A stretch of 64,000 bases of DNA from Vicugna vicugna (lineage: Eukaryota): contig MU061578.1 in NCBI GenBank assembly GCA_013265495.1, forward strand, positions 5,033,308-5,097,307, given 5' to 3'. A program made the translations under genes and the position numbers. A model generated the notes under the pieces. That model did no database searches and was not told where the DNA came from. It saw nothing but the letters and a program-made list of their open reading frames with translations. Of this stretch, positions 38,701-50,700 are shown in pieces (positions within the stretch are counted from its first letter, which is position 1; each line of letters opens with the position of its first letter).

Positions 38701-41700
38701 TGCCTGATTGCCCTGGCTGGGACCTCCCGTACAGTGCTAAATGAAAGTGGCAAGAGCAGACATCCTTCTCTTGTTAATGATCTCAGGGGAAAGCTTTCAG
38801 TCTTTCACTATCGAGTATGATGCTTGTTGTGGGTTTTTCAGAGGCGCCTTTATCGGGTGGAGAAAGTTCCCTTCTGTTTCTAGTTTGTTTTGTAATTTAT
38901 CATCAAGGAATGTTGAATTTTTGTCAGATGCTTTTTCTGCATCTGTTGAGAAGGTCATGTGGTTATTGTCCTTTATTCTGATGATGTAGTGTAATATATT
39001 GATTGGTTTTTATGTACTGAACCACCCTTGCATTCCTGTAATAAATCCTGCTGGGTCACAGTGCATACTTCTTTTTCTGTGTTTCTGGATTCAGTTTGCT
39101 TGTCCTCTGTCCCCGAGCTCATAAAGCACATTCTGTGGACTGTGTTTGCTCTGCTTCACATGTGGGTTTATGGGCAAGACATCGGCAGTCTGCACCTTAG
39201 GCTTTGAAAGAGTGTGGGTGTCTTCTGGCCTCAGGAGCATTTCAGGTCCCTCCTTCCCCGCTGGCACCTCAGAGTCTGACTTGCAGATGTGTGGTGGCCA
39301 GAGTGGTCCATGGCCCAGGATGCTGGTCAGTTTCTTTGAACCACTTGGAGGTGGAGACAGCCCAGCTCAAGACCCTTCTTTTCCTTTACGCTGACCCTGT
39401 GGCCTCCTGAAAGAGTCAGTGGCATGGAGGAGGCAGCGTTGGCCAATGGTGGGTTCTGGGCCTGATTTTCCCGTAGTTGGAGAAGTTGGACGTTTGGCTA
39501 ATCTTAGAGCTTCTGGGAGAGGTAACTGCACTATCTCTGTGATATTCTAATGCACTCTCTGAGGCTCTTATCCTGGTGTCATGATAGAAGTCTGCCATTC
39601 GTGAAGCTGGAGAGTAGAAAGTTACTTGTTTTCACTAACCTTACAGTGAAATCATGTATTTCCTTCAGTTCTGAAGGTAGGCAACAAACCTCTGTGGCAT
39701 TAGGAGAAATCACAGTTGTTTTCATGTCCTGTCATAGTCATCACAGATTCTTGATGTGTTGTTTATGCTCACCACTACTTAAGAATTACTATCAGCAGAC
39801 CTTCTGTTGGACCTTGTTATTTAGAACATCATGCTGAGGACAGTCATTCTTTTCCGCGCTCCAGAGTCCTTCATCTCTAGACTAGCAAAAGAGCTCCTTT
39901 CCAAGGGGGGTGACTTTCTTACCCTCAGGGACTTGGAGTCCCCTTAAAGAAAGTGGGCATAAGTTCCTGGGGAAGAGGAAACAGCAGGTGTCATGGGGGA
40001 CAAGGGACCCAGGCCTGGAAAGCTTTAACAACAGCAGCATCCTAATGCCATCATGATTTGCTCTTTAAAGCCCAGCCATGCTGGGGGTGGGTGGGGTGGG
40101 TGTCCTGTGCACTTTGTTTTGTGCATAATGTAGCTACTTAAAAGCACAGATACCTCTACATACTATTTGATAGCCTGAATTACTTATTTATCTGTAGTAC
40201 ATATCTTTCCATACAATAATATACTTCTAGAACTTTTTAAGTATAGCACTTTAAGAAATATAAATCAGAGAAACAATGCACAATTATAATGAAGAACAGA
40301 AACACTGAACAGGTAAAGTATCAAGTGCAGGCCTGGCCTTCAAAGGATCCACGTTGTGCTGCTGTCAGTGCTAGGACCTCCTGGAGGATCAGGTGCCAGA
40401 AGTGGAATTGCTGGGTCTGAGGGCAGGCCTTTTTTCTGTGGCTTTTGATGCTTATTGGAAAACTGCTCCCCCAAAGCCACACCATTTCACATTCCTACCA
40501 TAGCATTGTGAGGTTTGCCTCCTCAAATCCTTGCCAACACTTGTGTATTTTCCTTCTTTTTTATCTTTGCTGATTTGATAGGCTAGCATGTGTTCATTAG
40601 CATTCCTTTGATTCATTGCGTGGTTGAATGGTTTCATTTGGTTTTGGCTCTTGGTTTGTTTTTTTCCTCTCATGAATCACCTCAGTGTTCTTGGCAATAT
40701 CAGGGTCCTGGCAGGATGCAGATGCAGCCGTGAAGTCTCTGCAGGAGAGTAGCTTACTGAGGGGACCAGTTACAGACAGCTGGGCCTAAGGAAGCTGGAT
40801 TCCTGTAGCTGACTGTGAGCCTCTCAGCCCTGGAGGGGGTGCAGGTGGGAGGGACCAGCACCTGAGGGGGTCACTGTGGTGGGAGAGAGGTATGGCATGG
40901 GGGGAAGCCATGAGGAATAACCCCCATTTCTCTCCTGCACTCCCCCTGGGCAGGGGGCTCCTGCTGGCTCCAGGGCTGTAGTATGCAAAGTCACTTGGGG
41001 CACAGAGACGGACAGGGGCTGCATCTGGGAACAAATGGGGCAAGAGGCAGCATGGCCTTGTCTGTGCTTTTTGTACATCTACCTTTGGAAGCTGTTGGAC
41101 CTGCAGTCAGGAAGTCCCCCCATGGGGAGCCTTGCTGGCTCCCCATCCCAGGGGTGGCAGGTGGGGAGATAATGGTCACCATGGCCAGTGGGCCTGTCTC
41201 AGAGCAGGTCATTGCATGCTGAATTGGGGTGGCCATGGGCCCTGGGTTTCTTTTGCACTTTAATTTGGGCATTATGTTATTTATGGCTGTATGCGGTAAA
41301 TAATTTTGTAGACAGACAAAGCATGGGTCTGCGGTGTTTTACTGCAGGTAGCAGCTGTACCCCAGTCAAGGTATTTGAGTCAGGCCCAAGCTGAGGTGCA
41401 CAGTACTGAGCCTTCCCTCAGTGCAAGAAGGGAAGTAAGCTTTCCCCAAACTGGAACATTTTGTGTAACAGGGTGATTGACTTTGAGAAGGAAAGACAAA
41501 GGAAGGAACTTTCAGCCATTCTCCCTTCCCCAAGTCTCTTTCCTCTAGAGTATCTTAGAATATCTCAGAACTGAGCAGGCTGCTTCTGCTGAGCTTAGGG
41601 CTGGGTCTTTGGAGGGCAGGGGCTTGTGTCTGTGGAGAGCCCTGTCCCTGTAAGGCTGCATGGGGGCTGCGCAAGGGTTCTCAGTTAAGCCCCTGAAGGC

Positions 41701-44700
41701 ACGTGGGGTTGGAGAATTCTTGGCTCTGGGGCTGTCAGATGCCCTGCAGGATACTTAGCTCTGTCCCCAGCTCCTACCCACTAGGTGACAGTCCCTTCCT
41801 GTCCCCATTGTGGCAGTCTGAGATGTCCCCAGATGTTGCCAGATGTCCCCAGGGGCCCAGTTGAGCAGAGTTGAGACAGTGGGACAAATAAGCAGGACCC
41901 TTTACAGGGGCCTGTTACTGTTTTTATAGTGCAGCCTGATTTTAGAAGGGATCCCAAAGAGCCAGAGACCTCTCCGTGGTAGGTGTGTTGGTGTAGTATT
42001 TTAGCTGGTGCACTTTCCAAGTTGGTTCAGGAAAACTTGCGCATAGAGACAATTAATTTCTAGCCCAGGTTGTTAAAGATGTTGAGAAAAAGGACAGTTG
42101 ATTTGTAGAAGGGCCAGGCCAGGTAAAAGGGCCTTGTTTGTCCAGAGCAAAATGGTGTTAAACCCTAGTGTTGGGTTTTCCATGTGCTCTGGGTTGCTGT
42201 GCTGGTTCCTGTTGGTGGGAAAGGCGGTCTGAGCAGAACTAGAGCCTTGCTGATGGCCATTTGGAGTACGTTACAAGATGCTGGTTGTGTGGTGCGGGCA
42301 TGGAAGGTCGTGGGAGGGAGGCAGTTTGCTGTGAGTGCCGCAGAAGTCACTGGGAAACTGGTTCAGGTGACACAGCACTTCACATGCTCTTTGGAGAAGT
42401 GATTTGCCCTCAGATAGTGGGCGGCCATCACACGGGGACCCCTGATCCTGTATCCTTTGGTCATGGGTAAGGCTGAAAGCAGCTGTTCTGTCCACGATGC
42501 TGGAAGGCACCCCACAGGGGATGCGTTAGGAGTGGTGTGGTGGGGCAGGTGGGCTTGTGCCCACCGTGCTGCTCTGTCAGGGCTGCCCGGCCACTAATGA
42601 GCCGGGCAGCCCTGACAGAGAACCTGCTAGGGTGAGCCAGGTGTCGGTGCCTCCTTTCTGCTGGGGTGGGTGGGTCCAGAGGGTTTGGCTGCTGCCTGAC
42701 CCTACAAGTCTGCAGTCGAACTTGGTGAGCTTGCGTGCACAGTCCAGCACTGTCGGTGGTGGAGTGTTGCTGGGGCTCGCTGACTGGGGCGCCCGAGTCT
42801 TACTTCCTTAGAGCCCCTAACCTTCCCGAGCTATTATGAAGATAGAGTATCCCTCCCCTGCATGCAGCCTGAAGGAGAGCCGTTCTGTTCCCACATTCTA
42901 CATGTGTTCAGTGGGTGCTTGCTGCGTGCCCGGGGCTGTTTTAAGCACCGCAGGTCCAGCGGCCTCCAGATGCTCCCAGCTGACAGAATTCTGGGCGAGG
43001 GCATGGCAGGTATGCAGTTGAGAGGTGCCAGGAGAATGTGAGGCTGGTAGGGGTTCAGGAGGGGATGCCCAGGCAGTCAGGGCAGGTGTCACTGAGCAGG
43101 TGACCTTTGAGCCAACCCTGGGAGGGGAGGGTCCAAGCAGGTGGTGCAAGGGGAAGCCGTGACCAAGTCCTGCTCTCGGTAGTGTGAGGCCAATTCCAGG
43201 TGACCAGTTTACGCCCATGTAAACCATGGCGTCCTGAGAGGTGAACGCCGACTGTGCCACGTCCATGATGCAAAATGCTCTGTGTTTCAGCCTGACCTTT
43301 TCCCTTTTCCCTCTTCCCATCAGCCAGGGCCAACTCGTTTGTAGGAACAGCCCAGTATGTTTCTCCAGAGCTGCTCACAGAGAAATCGGCCTGTAAAAGG
43401 TAACCTGTTTTCATCTGATCCATAATTCTCTTTTTGCTCAAGTAGCTGGTGCTTTTTTCCAGGTGAGATTAATAGTAAAGAGAGCACCTTTCATGGCCTT
43501 TACATAGCCAAGCCTATTTTGGAAGAAGTTAGCATTTTGTCTTTTAACCAGTGTCTTTTCTTTGATAACCTGTGTGCTACTTTGTTGTACTACTTACACT
43601 TTCTGGGGCAGTTTTGCTTTATGCTTTGAGATTTGCTCTTGTTCCTTTAGGAACAGCTAACTGTTCAGTGGGAGAGAAGTGTGGCCCACAGGTTTGTATT
43701 ATGTGCACGAGACTTCCTGCTGTGTCCCGGAGCCGAGGGATTCCTGGTACTGCCTTCGATTTGGGCAGCCTGGCTGTGGCAGCAGCTGCAGGTCAGGTGT
43801 TCAGTGTCATGTGCTCTGCAGAGTGCAGGACAGGCCCAGAAGGCAGTGTCTGTGGGAGGGGATAGGACTGAGCTAGTATCTCAGCTGCGGCCCAGCCAGC
43901 ACTACCAGGGGTAGGCCTCGTGGTGGCCACAGGTTTGAGGGCCTGGGTGGAGGCCTCAGTTGTGAAAATTAGAAGTGCAGGGGGCTGGGGAATGGAGAAG
44001 GGTCGGTGGCAGGGCAGTTGGGAGTGGAGGTAAAGAAAATGAGGCGCCAATGGCCAGAAGGTGGGATGAGTCTAGGGAGCTATCTAGTGGGCATGAGGCA
44101 GATGGAAGACAGGTGGCAATAGAAACTGGGCTTTCAGAGTTTGGGGATGACAGGTTCTGTGGTTGAAGCTTTTTCTTGGATTCTTCTGCCCTGGGCCAGA
44201 TGCTCAGCCTACTGGCACCATCCCTGGATTTGACAGACAGCCACATGGTCCGTGTCCTGCACTGGCAGCCTGCAGTGGGCTGCCTTCCTAGAGTGACGAG
44301 TGACTGCCAGAGGCAGCAGAGTGAGTGGTTCTGGGCACAGCAGCTCTATGTTTCTAAGCTCGATGGCTTTAAAAAAATTCTTCAGTGGGTGGAGCCACGG
44401 GGCACAAAAATGATGATGGATAGGATGCTTAGAAAAACTTGGGCATCATTGTGGCCATTGGGCTCTTTGTTTGTATGTTTGTTTGTTTTTACCTTAATCA
44501 GTCAACAGACTTTGAGCTCTTACTGTGGGCCAGACACTGTTGTAGGTCAAGGCTTCCCAGCTGGGGCAGTTCTGCTCGCCAGGGAATATTTGGCTGTATC
44601 GAGACACAGTTTTGGTGTCACAGCTTGGCAGAGATGGGGAGGGAGTGCTGTTGGCATCCAGTGGGTGGAGGCAGGGGCGCTGCTCCACATCCTGCAGTGC

Positions 44701-47700
44701 AGAAATGGCCCCACAACAAGGATGATCGGCTCCAGATGTCCACAGGGCCCAGGCTGAGCAACCCTCCTCTGGGTGGTGTGCACTCTTGGCCAGTTTCTCC
44801 AAGTGTATGTCACTGCTGCCTGAGAACTAGCTTTTCCTCACTGTGGGGTTTAGCTCTTTAGCACTGATGGGAGAAAGTCTCCAAGCTCTACTGAGTGAGA
44901 TGCAGAGGTCCCAGACTCCCTGCCTGCCCTTTGCAGCGCTCTGGGCGGACATGCAGGAAGTGGGGACTGGTTATCTGTTGGGGGTGGGCAGTGAGGGAGA
45001 TACAGCCTGTATATCTTTTTTATGTTGTTAATTTTTTGAATCGTGATATTTATTTTTTAAGGAAGTTAAGAATTTTTTTCCTCATTCAAAAAATGGTACC
45101 TTTCAAGGTAAAGAAAGAATTTTTAGAAAATACGGAAAATTAAAAAACCCAAAACGCTCACAGTCTCCCACCCACTTAGGTTGCAGATCATGACTTGGTA
45201 TATGCTTCCAGCTACTTTTTTCTGTGTGTTTTATATGTGCTTACCTAATCTTCATGCAACTGCAGTCATACTGAATAACCAGTTTTGAATTCTGCCCCTT
45301 GTGATAATATGATGGACATTTCCCCATGTCACTAAAATTATTTACAGAGATCTTTAACAGCTGTATGGGTTTCCAGCATATGAATTTTTTGTAGTTCTTT
45401 GAACTTTTCCTTTATTGTTGGACGTTGAAGTATTTCGCATTATTTGGCACAGTTAAACTAGTGTGCCTCTTGTGTGCAGCAGATCCTGTGCTGTGGGGAA
45501 GAAGAGTGCTCCTGCCTGTTCCATGGGAGAGTCTGCCCCAAGTGCCTCTGTTAGAATTTCAAGAAGTAGAATGACTTTGTTTAACAGCATTTAAAAAAAT
45601 CATTGGTATATACTACTTTCCAGAGATGTTTCACTGGCTTCCCCTTTTAGTTTTTATTGTATGACAAACCGGTCCTGCTTGCAGTCCCACTCCCTGGGGA
45701 TGACCCTATGAAAACAGCAGAGGCAGCCCCACCCCACAGCCCTGCCCCTCCTCTCTGGCCACTTCCATGTCGAAAGGCCAGTGCCTCTCTGTCAGCGTTC
45801 TTCTTGTGTAGCTCCCCATTTTAATGACACTAAATGATAGAGATAACCAAGTGTGAGGACTGTTGAGTAGAATGTACCTTCATTTTTAAAATGTCCTTCA
45901 CTCCAACTGTGTGTTGTGACTTGGATATCTGACTTCTTACATTTTTAACCCACATCAAGTGCTGCATCTGCCTCGGGCCTGTGGTGCTGTCCGTACATGT
46001 ACGAGGACAGAGCCTTCACCTAAGGCCCCCAGCATGCTCACTGGCTTGTTGTCTTTGCCCACACCCTACAATTTCATCTTCCAAAATGCCAGGCTGTGGC
46101 CTCTTCCAGAAACTGACTGTATTGAGCAACCTATGAGCGTACGTACATCTAGGGCTTTGGGAGAGGCAACTGGCCATGTAGGGTGAATTGCATCTTGATG
46201 CTTTCATAAGGCTGAGCTGAGAATAGAATGCAAAAATAAATACAAAAAAATTTTTCCTACAGAGGAAATAAAATATGCAAAGTAGATCTTCAGCTGTGAA
46301 CTCTTGAGATGCACTGAGGGGAGAGAATGAACGGGAGCAGGGCGGGAAGGAGGGTGGTGAGGAGAGCAGCCCCTCCAGGGTCCCTGCCAGCTGTTTATGG
46401 AAAGGACTTCGGGAAATTCAGAGCTGTAGTGTGTGTCTTTTAAAATGTATAATTAAAATGTTTATAAAGGAGGGTGAGTCTGAGAAGGGAAAGAGAAAGC
46501 TTGCTTTGTGCACATCCTCCAGACTGTGATTTGGCTGCTTGGCATGCGTGAGCTTGTGTCTGTGTCCTGGGGGTAAACAGTGAATTGTGAGAGACTCTGA
46601 GACTGTCCTTAACCGTGCTAGCCTGCCAGTGACAGGGGCAGCCTTCTCAGTGCCCTGCGCTCCAGCACTGGAAGAAGGTGCTTTCCTGTCAGGGTGTTTC
46701 CTGTGGTCAGGAGTGGCCGCTGCTCCCTGTTCAGGACCAGACTGCATCTGTGAGGACCTTGGTTGCCCCCAAGGGAGGTGGCAGAGCTGTGAGGGAGGTG
46801 CATGGCCTGGCCCAGCAGTGCCTCCAGTGTGTGTGCGAGATTCTCTAGTCCCAGGTTCAAAGGGAGGCCTCTCAGGGAGCCCAGAGCAGGTTTCCACCCT
46901 CACGCTGACCTGGTTTTAAAGGAGAGAAATAGATCTGAGGCTGAAACGGGTGGTATGAACAGACAGGATGGAGGTGACTGCTTGTCACTGAGATTTTACA
47001 AATGTCATTCTTCTTTGTCTTTCCCTTCCCTTAAAGTTCAGACCTTTGGGCTCTTGGATGCATTATATACCAGCTCGTGGCAGGCCTACCACCATTCCGA
47101 GCCGGGTAAGAGACCCCCCTCTCTCAAATCACCACCCCCGCCAAGCCCCTCACAGCAGCCTGACAGAGAAGTGGGAGGGACAGTCCTGGGGGCTGGGCCA
47201 AGGTGGGGGAACTTTTATGACAGTTCTTCAATGAATGTGGTGGCTCTCTGGGGACAGGGGGAGACCACTGTCCCAGGAAAGATACAGCTCTGTACCAGGG
47301 AGGTTTCTGTGACCCTGCGCATAATGGTGATTTTTCTTATTTACAGAAATGAATATCTAATATTTCAGAAGATCATTAAGTTGGAATATGACTTTCCTGA
47401 AAAATTCTTTCCTAAGGCAAGAGACCTTGTGGAAAAACTGCTGGTAAATATTTTGAATTTTCTTCTGGTAAGATGATCCAGTAGCCATACTCTTGAGTCC
47501 CTCTGAACTTGTGGTCAGAGGGCCTTTCCTTGGAGGTGCCTGTACTTAATAAAAGGGCGTTTTAGGGTTGATAGTGATTATAGGTAGATTCATATCTTCA
47601 GTCTTATAAGACATTTTCAGGTTCCAGGTGCTTGATTCTTGACCTCAGTAAGATAGGAAGTTACTATGTCATTTTGCATTTGCTCATCAACACACATAGC

Positions 47701-50700
47701 ATTTTAAGTTAACAGACGCTGGAGCAACTGGGTGTATTACAATGCCAGGTGGTGGTAAATCCTACTTAAGCAGCCTCTCTGGTTATCAGCTTTAGAGTTA
47801 GCTACATGAAGGTTTTAGAGATCAACCCAGGTAACATATAGCAAAGGTAAACTGATTTATCCAGGAAGAGTGTCTGTTTCTGTTCTAGTGTGCTGCCTCT
47901 TGTGCTCTGGCTCCACGTCTTCCCTTCACTTGATTTGGGGGAGCAGGGTCAGTCAGCCTTTCCCACCTGTCCCTCCTGTATCTGTCCCCTCAGTGCAGAT
48001 GTGCCTGATCTTCTGTGGGTCTGGGGGGCACAGTCGGATCCTTGTGGGGCCCTTTGAGATCAAGTGCTTGTGGGATACACAGGCACTTTTCTCCCTGTCT
48101 GTGAGAGCTTCGTGTCCACATAAACTCTTCATTCTCTTTGTTATTAAAGCCCACGAGTTCATGTGTTTCTTGTTTTGGGATTTTTAACTGTGTATTTTAA
48201 AAGAATACCTCCTGCTATTCGTTAACTTTTGATGATGTTCATTTTCACCTGTAGGGGTTGGGGGAGGATGTGAAAGGAACCCCAGAGGGTGACTCCGTTG
48301 TCCCCGGGCTGCAGTGCCCTTCCTATTTCCAGGAGATCCTGAGAATCGAAAAGAACTACTCCAAAAGAATTTTTTGGTCAGAATTACTTTTTAACCCCAA
48401 TGCTAACTTGTCTTGACTTTGATTTAAGGTTTTAGATGCTACAAAGCGATTAGGCTGTGAAGAAATGGAAGGGTACGGCCCTCTGAAAGCTCATCCGTTC
48501 TTCGAGTCCATCACATGGGAGAATCTGCATCACCAGACGCCTCCGAAGCTCACAGCTTACTTGCCAGCCATGTCAGAAGACGACGAAGACTGCTATGGAA
48601 ACGTAAGACTGCCATAGGAAAGGAGCGGCCCCACAGAGGCAAGCTCTGCTCGTGCTGTTGTGCAGAAGTGGATCATGGCCAGAGGAGCGGGCAGGTCCTC
48701 CAGGGCCTTTAGCAGGGGTGTCCCAGGGAAGCAGCAGGCTCTGCTGGCCGAGCTCTGAGGGAGCCACATGGGCCCCAGTTGTCTCAAGATTTCAGTGCCG
48801 GGTACTTGGCTTCACCAGGTGTATACGCGCGCTTGTGTGTGCCTGCACACTTGAATGTCTTCTGCAGGTCCTCTGTCTGCTGTTTCAGTCATGTTTGCCA
48901 TGTGGAGAGCTCTGGCTTCTCGGTACTCAAGTGTTGCTGTCTGAGAACTGGCTCTGTGTGTTCACAGCTTACTTTTTGTTAGATGGCTTGTCCTCAGCTT
49001 TAAAAGCTATGTGGTTTATTAGCCTTGGAGAGTATTCAGGCAGAGCTCCCTATACCAGATGCCGCCCTTTGGACAGTTTAGTGAGCTTTGAAAAAGACTT
49101 TGACCCAGAAGAGTGTCAGATACAGAGGAAACTTGCTCAAGGAGGTGCTCCTTTTCTGTGATGTTGATAGCATGTCACTGGGACAGTCTCATCCGAGAGG
49201 TTCTGGAGGAGTCCTTTTAACAGGAAGGAAGAGGGCTTGGCGCTGAGGGTGAGGATTGAAAGTGCCTTTACCCAGTACCCAAGGCATCTTCTGTGTTCCT
49301 GATCCTCTGCTGGTGGCTGATGGTGGCACTTGAGGTTGGACTCCGAGTGAGCCATGCGGGAGTGGCACCCCTGGGACCACTTTTGGACCAGCACAGCTGG
49401 CAGTGTCCTCACTGCTCCATGGGGAACACCTCTGCTTCAACCCCACGTAGCCACATCATCACATTTCCTTTTGGCCTGGATTTTGTGCTGGGGGTCTGTC
49501 CGAGGTACTGCTAAGGGGAGAAGAGTAGAGAGCAGAGATAGAACCCCTGGAGCTTCCCATGGGGAACAGTGCAGTGGGGCCCCCAAGACAGAACTCTCCA
49601 GCAGGCTGTGGTGGCAGCAATAAACCCATAGCTCCGTGCTGACCCTCGGTTCTCCCATTTCAGAAATGGGGATGATTGGTAACTTCCGTCTCACTGGCTT
49701 CACAGGCTCATTGAAACACCCCAGGAGGGGAAAGAGGGGGGCTTGTAGAAGCCTCTATAAACTTTGAGACACTGCACAGAGGCAGCTTCCAGCCAGGGAG
49801 TTCTCAGGAAATGGAGAATGCACTAGAACAAAGTCTTAGCTGGAGAGGCCGAGGGAGTGTCCAGGGGCTACTCCCACCCAGGAGCCAGTGGGGGAGGCTG
49901 AGGCTGTTGTTGGCACTGGGTGAGCACCTGGGAGAAGGCTGCTCTGGGCGACAAGTGAGGAGGGTGGGCGCAGGGTCTGCAGGAGGGGGCCAGCCTCTGT
50001 GGGTGGTGGCCAGGGCCTTTTTGGAGCCACAGGGCACTTGGAAGGATTTTCTGTGCTCTGGTCTTGGCCGTCTGATGGCATCTGTTCCTTTCTCTCACCA
50101 CTGGCACAGCAGAGCTCTGGTGTGGGGCCTGTGGCCTGGTGGGGGCGACACCACTCCTCCCCACACCTTTTCTGGGGAATCTTTGGCCTGGTCAGCCCCA
50201 GGAGCGCATGTGCCCGTTTGGCATGTTTGTGAGTAATTCCATTTTCTGTGTTACCACTGGTATGTAGTTTTCTCTAGAATAGCAGGCAACTTTGTTTACA
50301 TCAAGCTTAATTAATCTGTTGCGATTAAAAGGAATATACATATTTTAATTGAATTCAGTTAGTCAAATTGGAAGTTGTGACGACTGGACTCAGAAACTTG
50401 GAACCATGAGGCCAAAGGAGGAGGGCGCCTGACTTACAGGGTCCCAATCCTCCAGGGCTCAGCAGGCTCCAGGTCCTTGATCTCCCCTTCCTGGAGATGA
50501 AGACTGAGGATAAGCTCCTCTCTGGAGCGAACATCTTCTGACATTCCCATCAGAAGGGGACCCAGAGCAAGCAGGATCCAGCCCTTAGTCTGGTGGCCAG
50601 CTGTCTAGCAGAGGAGAAACTGGAGCTGGCCCGCACTTACCAGCATTAACAGAGCCAGGCTTGTCTCCCACAGGGCCCTCAGGACCTCGGGTATGCGCTT

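Noticed and set aside
44176..44861. 193-aa and 140-aa intronic ORFs
   Set aside because: They run through a MER20 element and simple sequence, with no domain or splice support
46802..47476. 224-aa ORF
   Set aside because: Only its end (exon 9) is PDK1. It crosses exon 8 out of frame, and intron 8 retention in the true frame stops at once (GG|G TAA).
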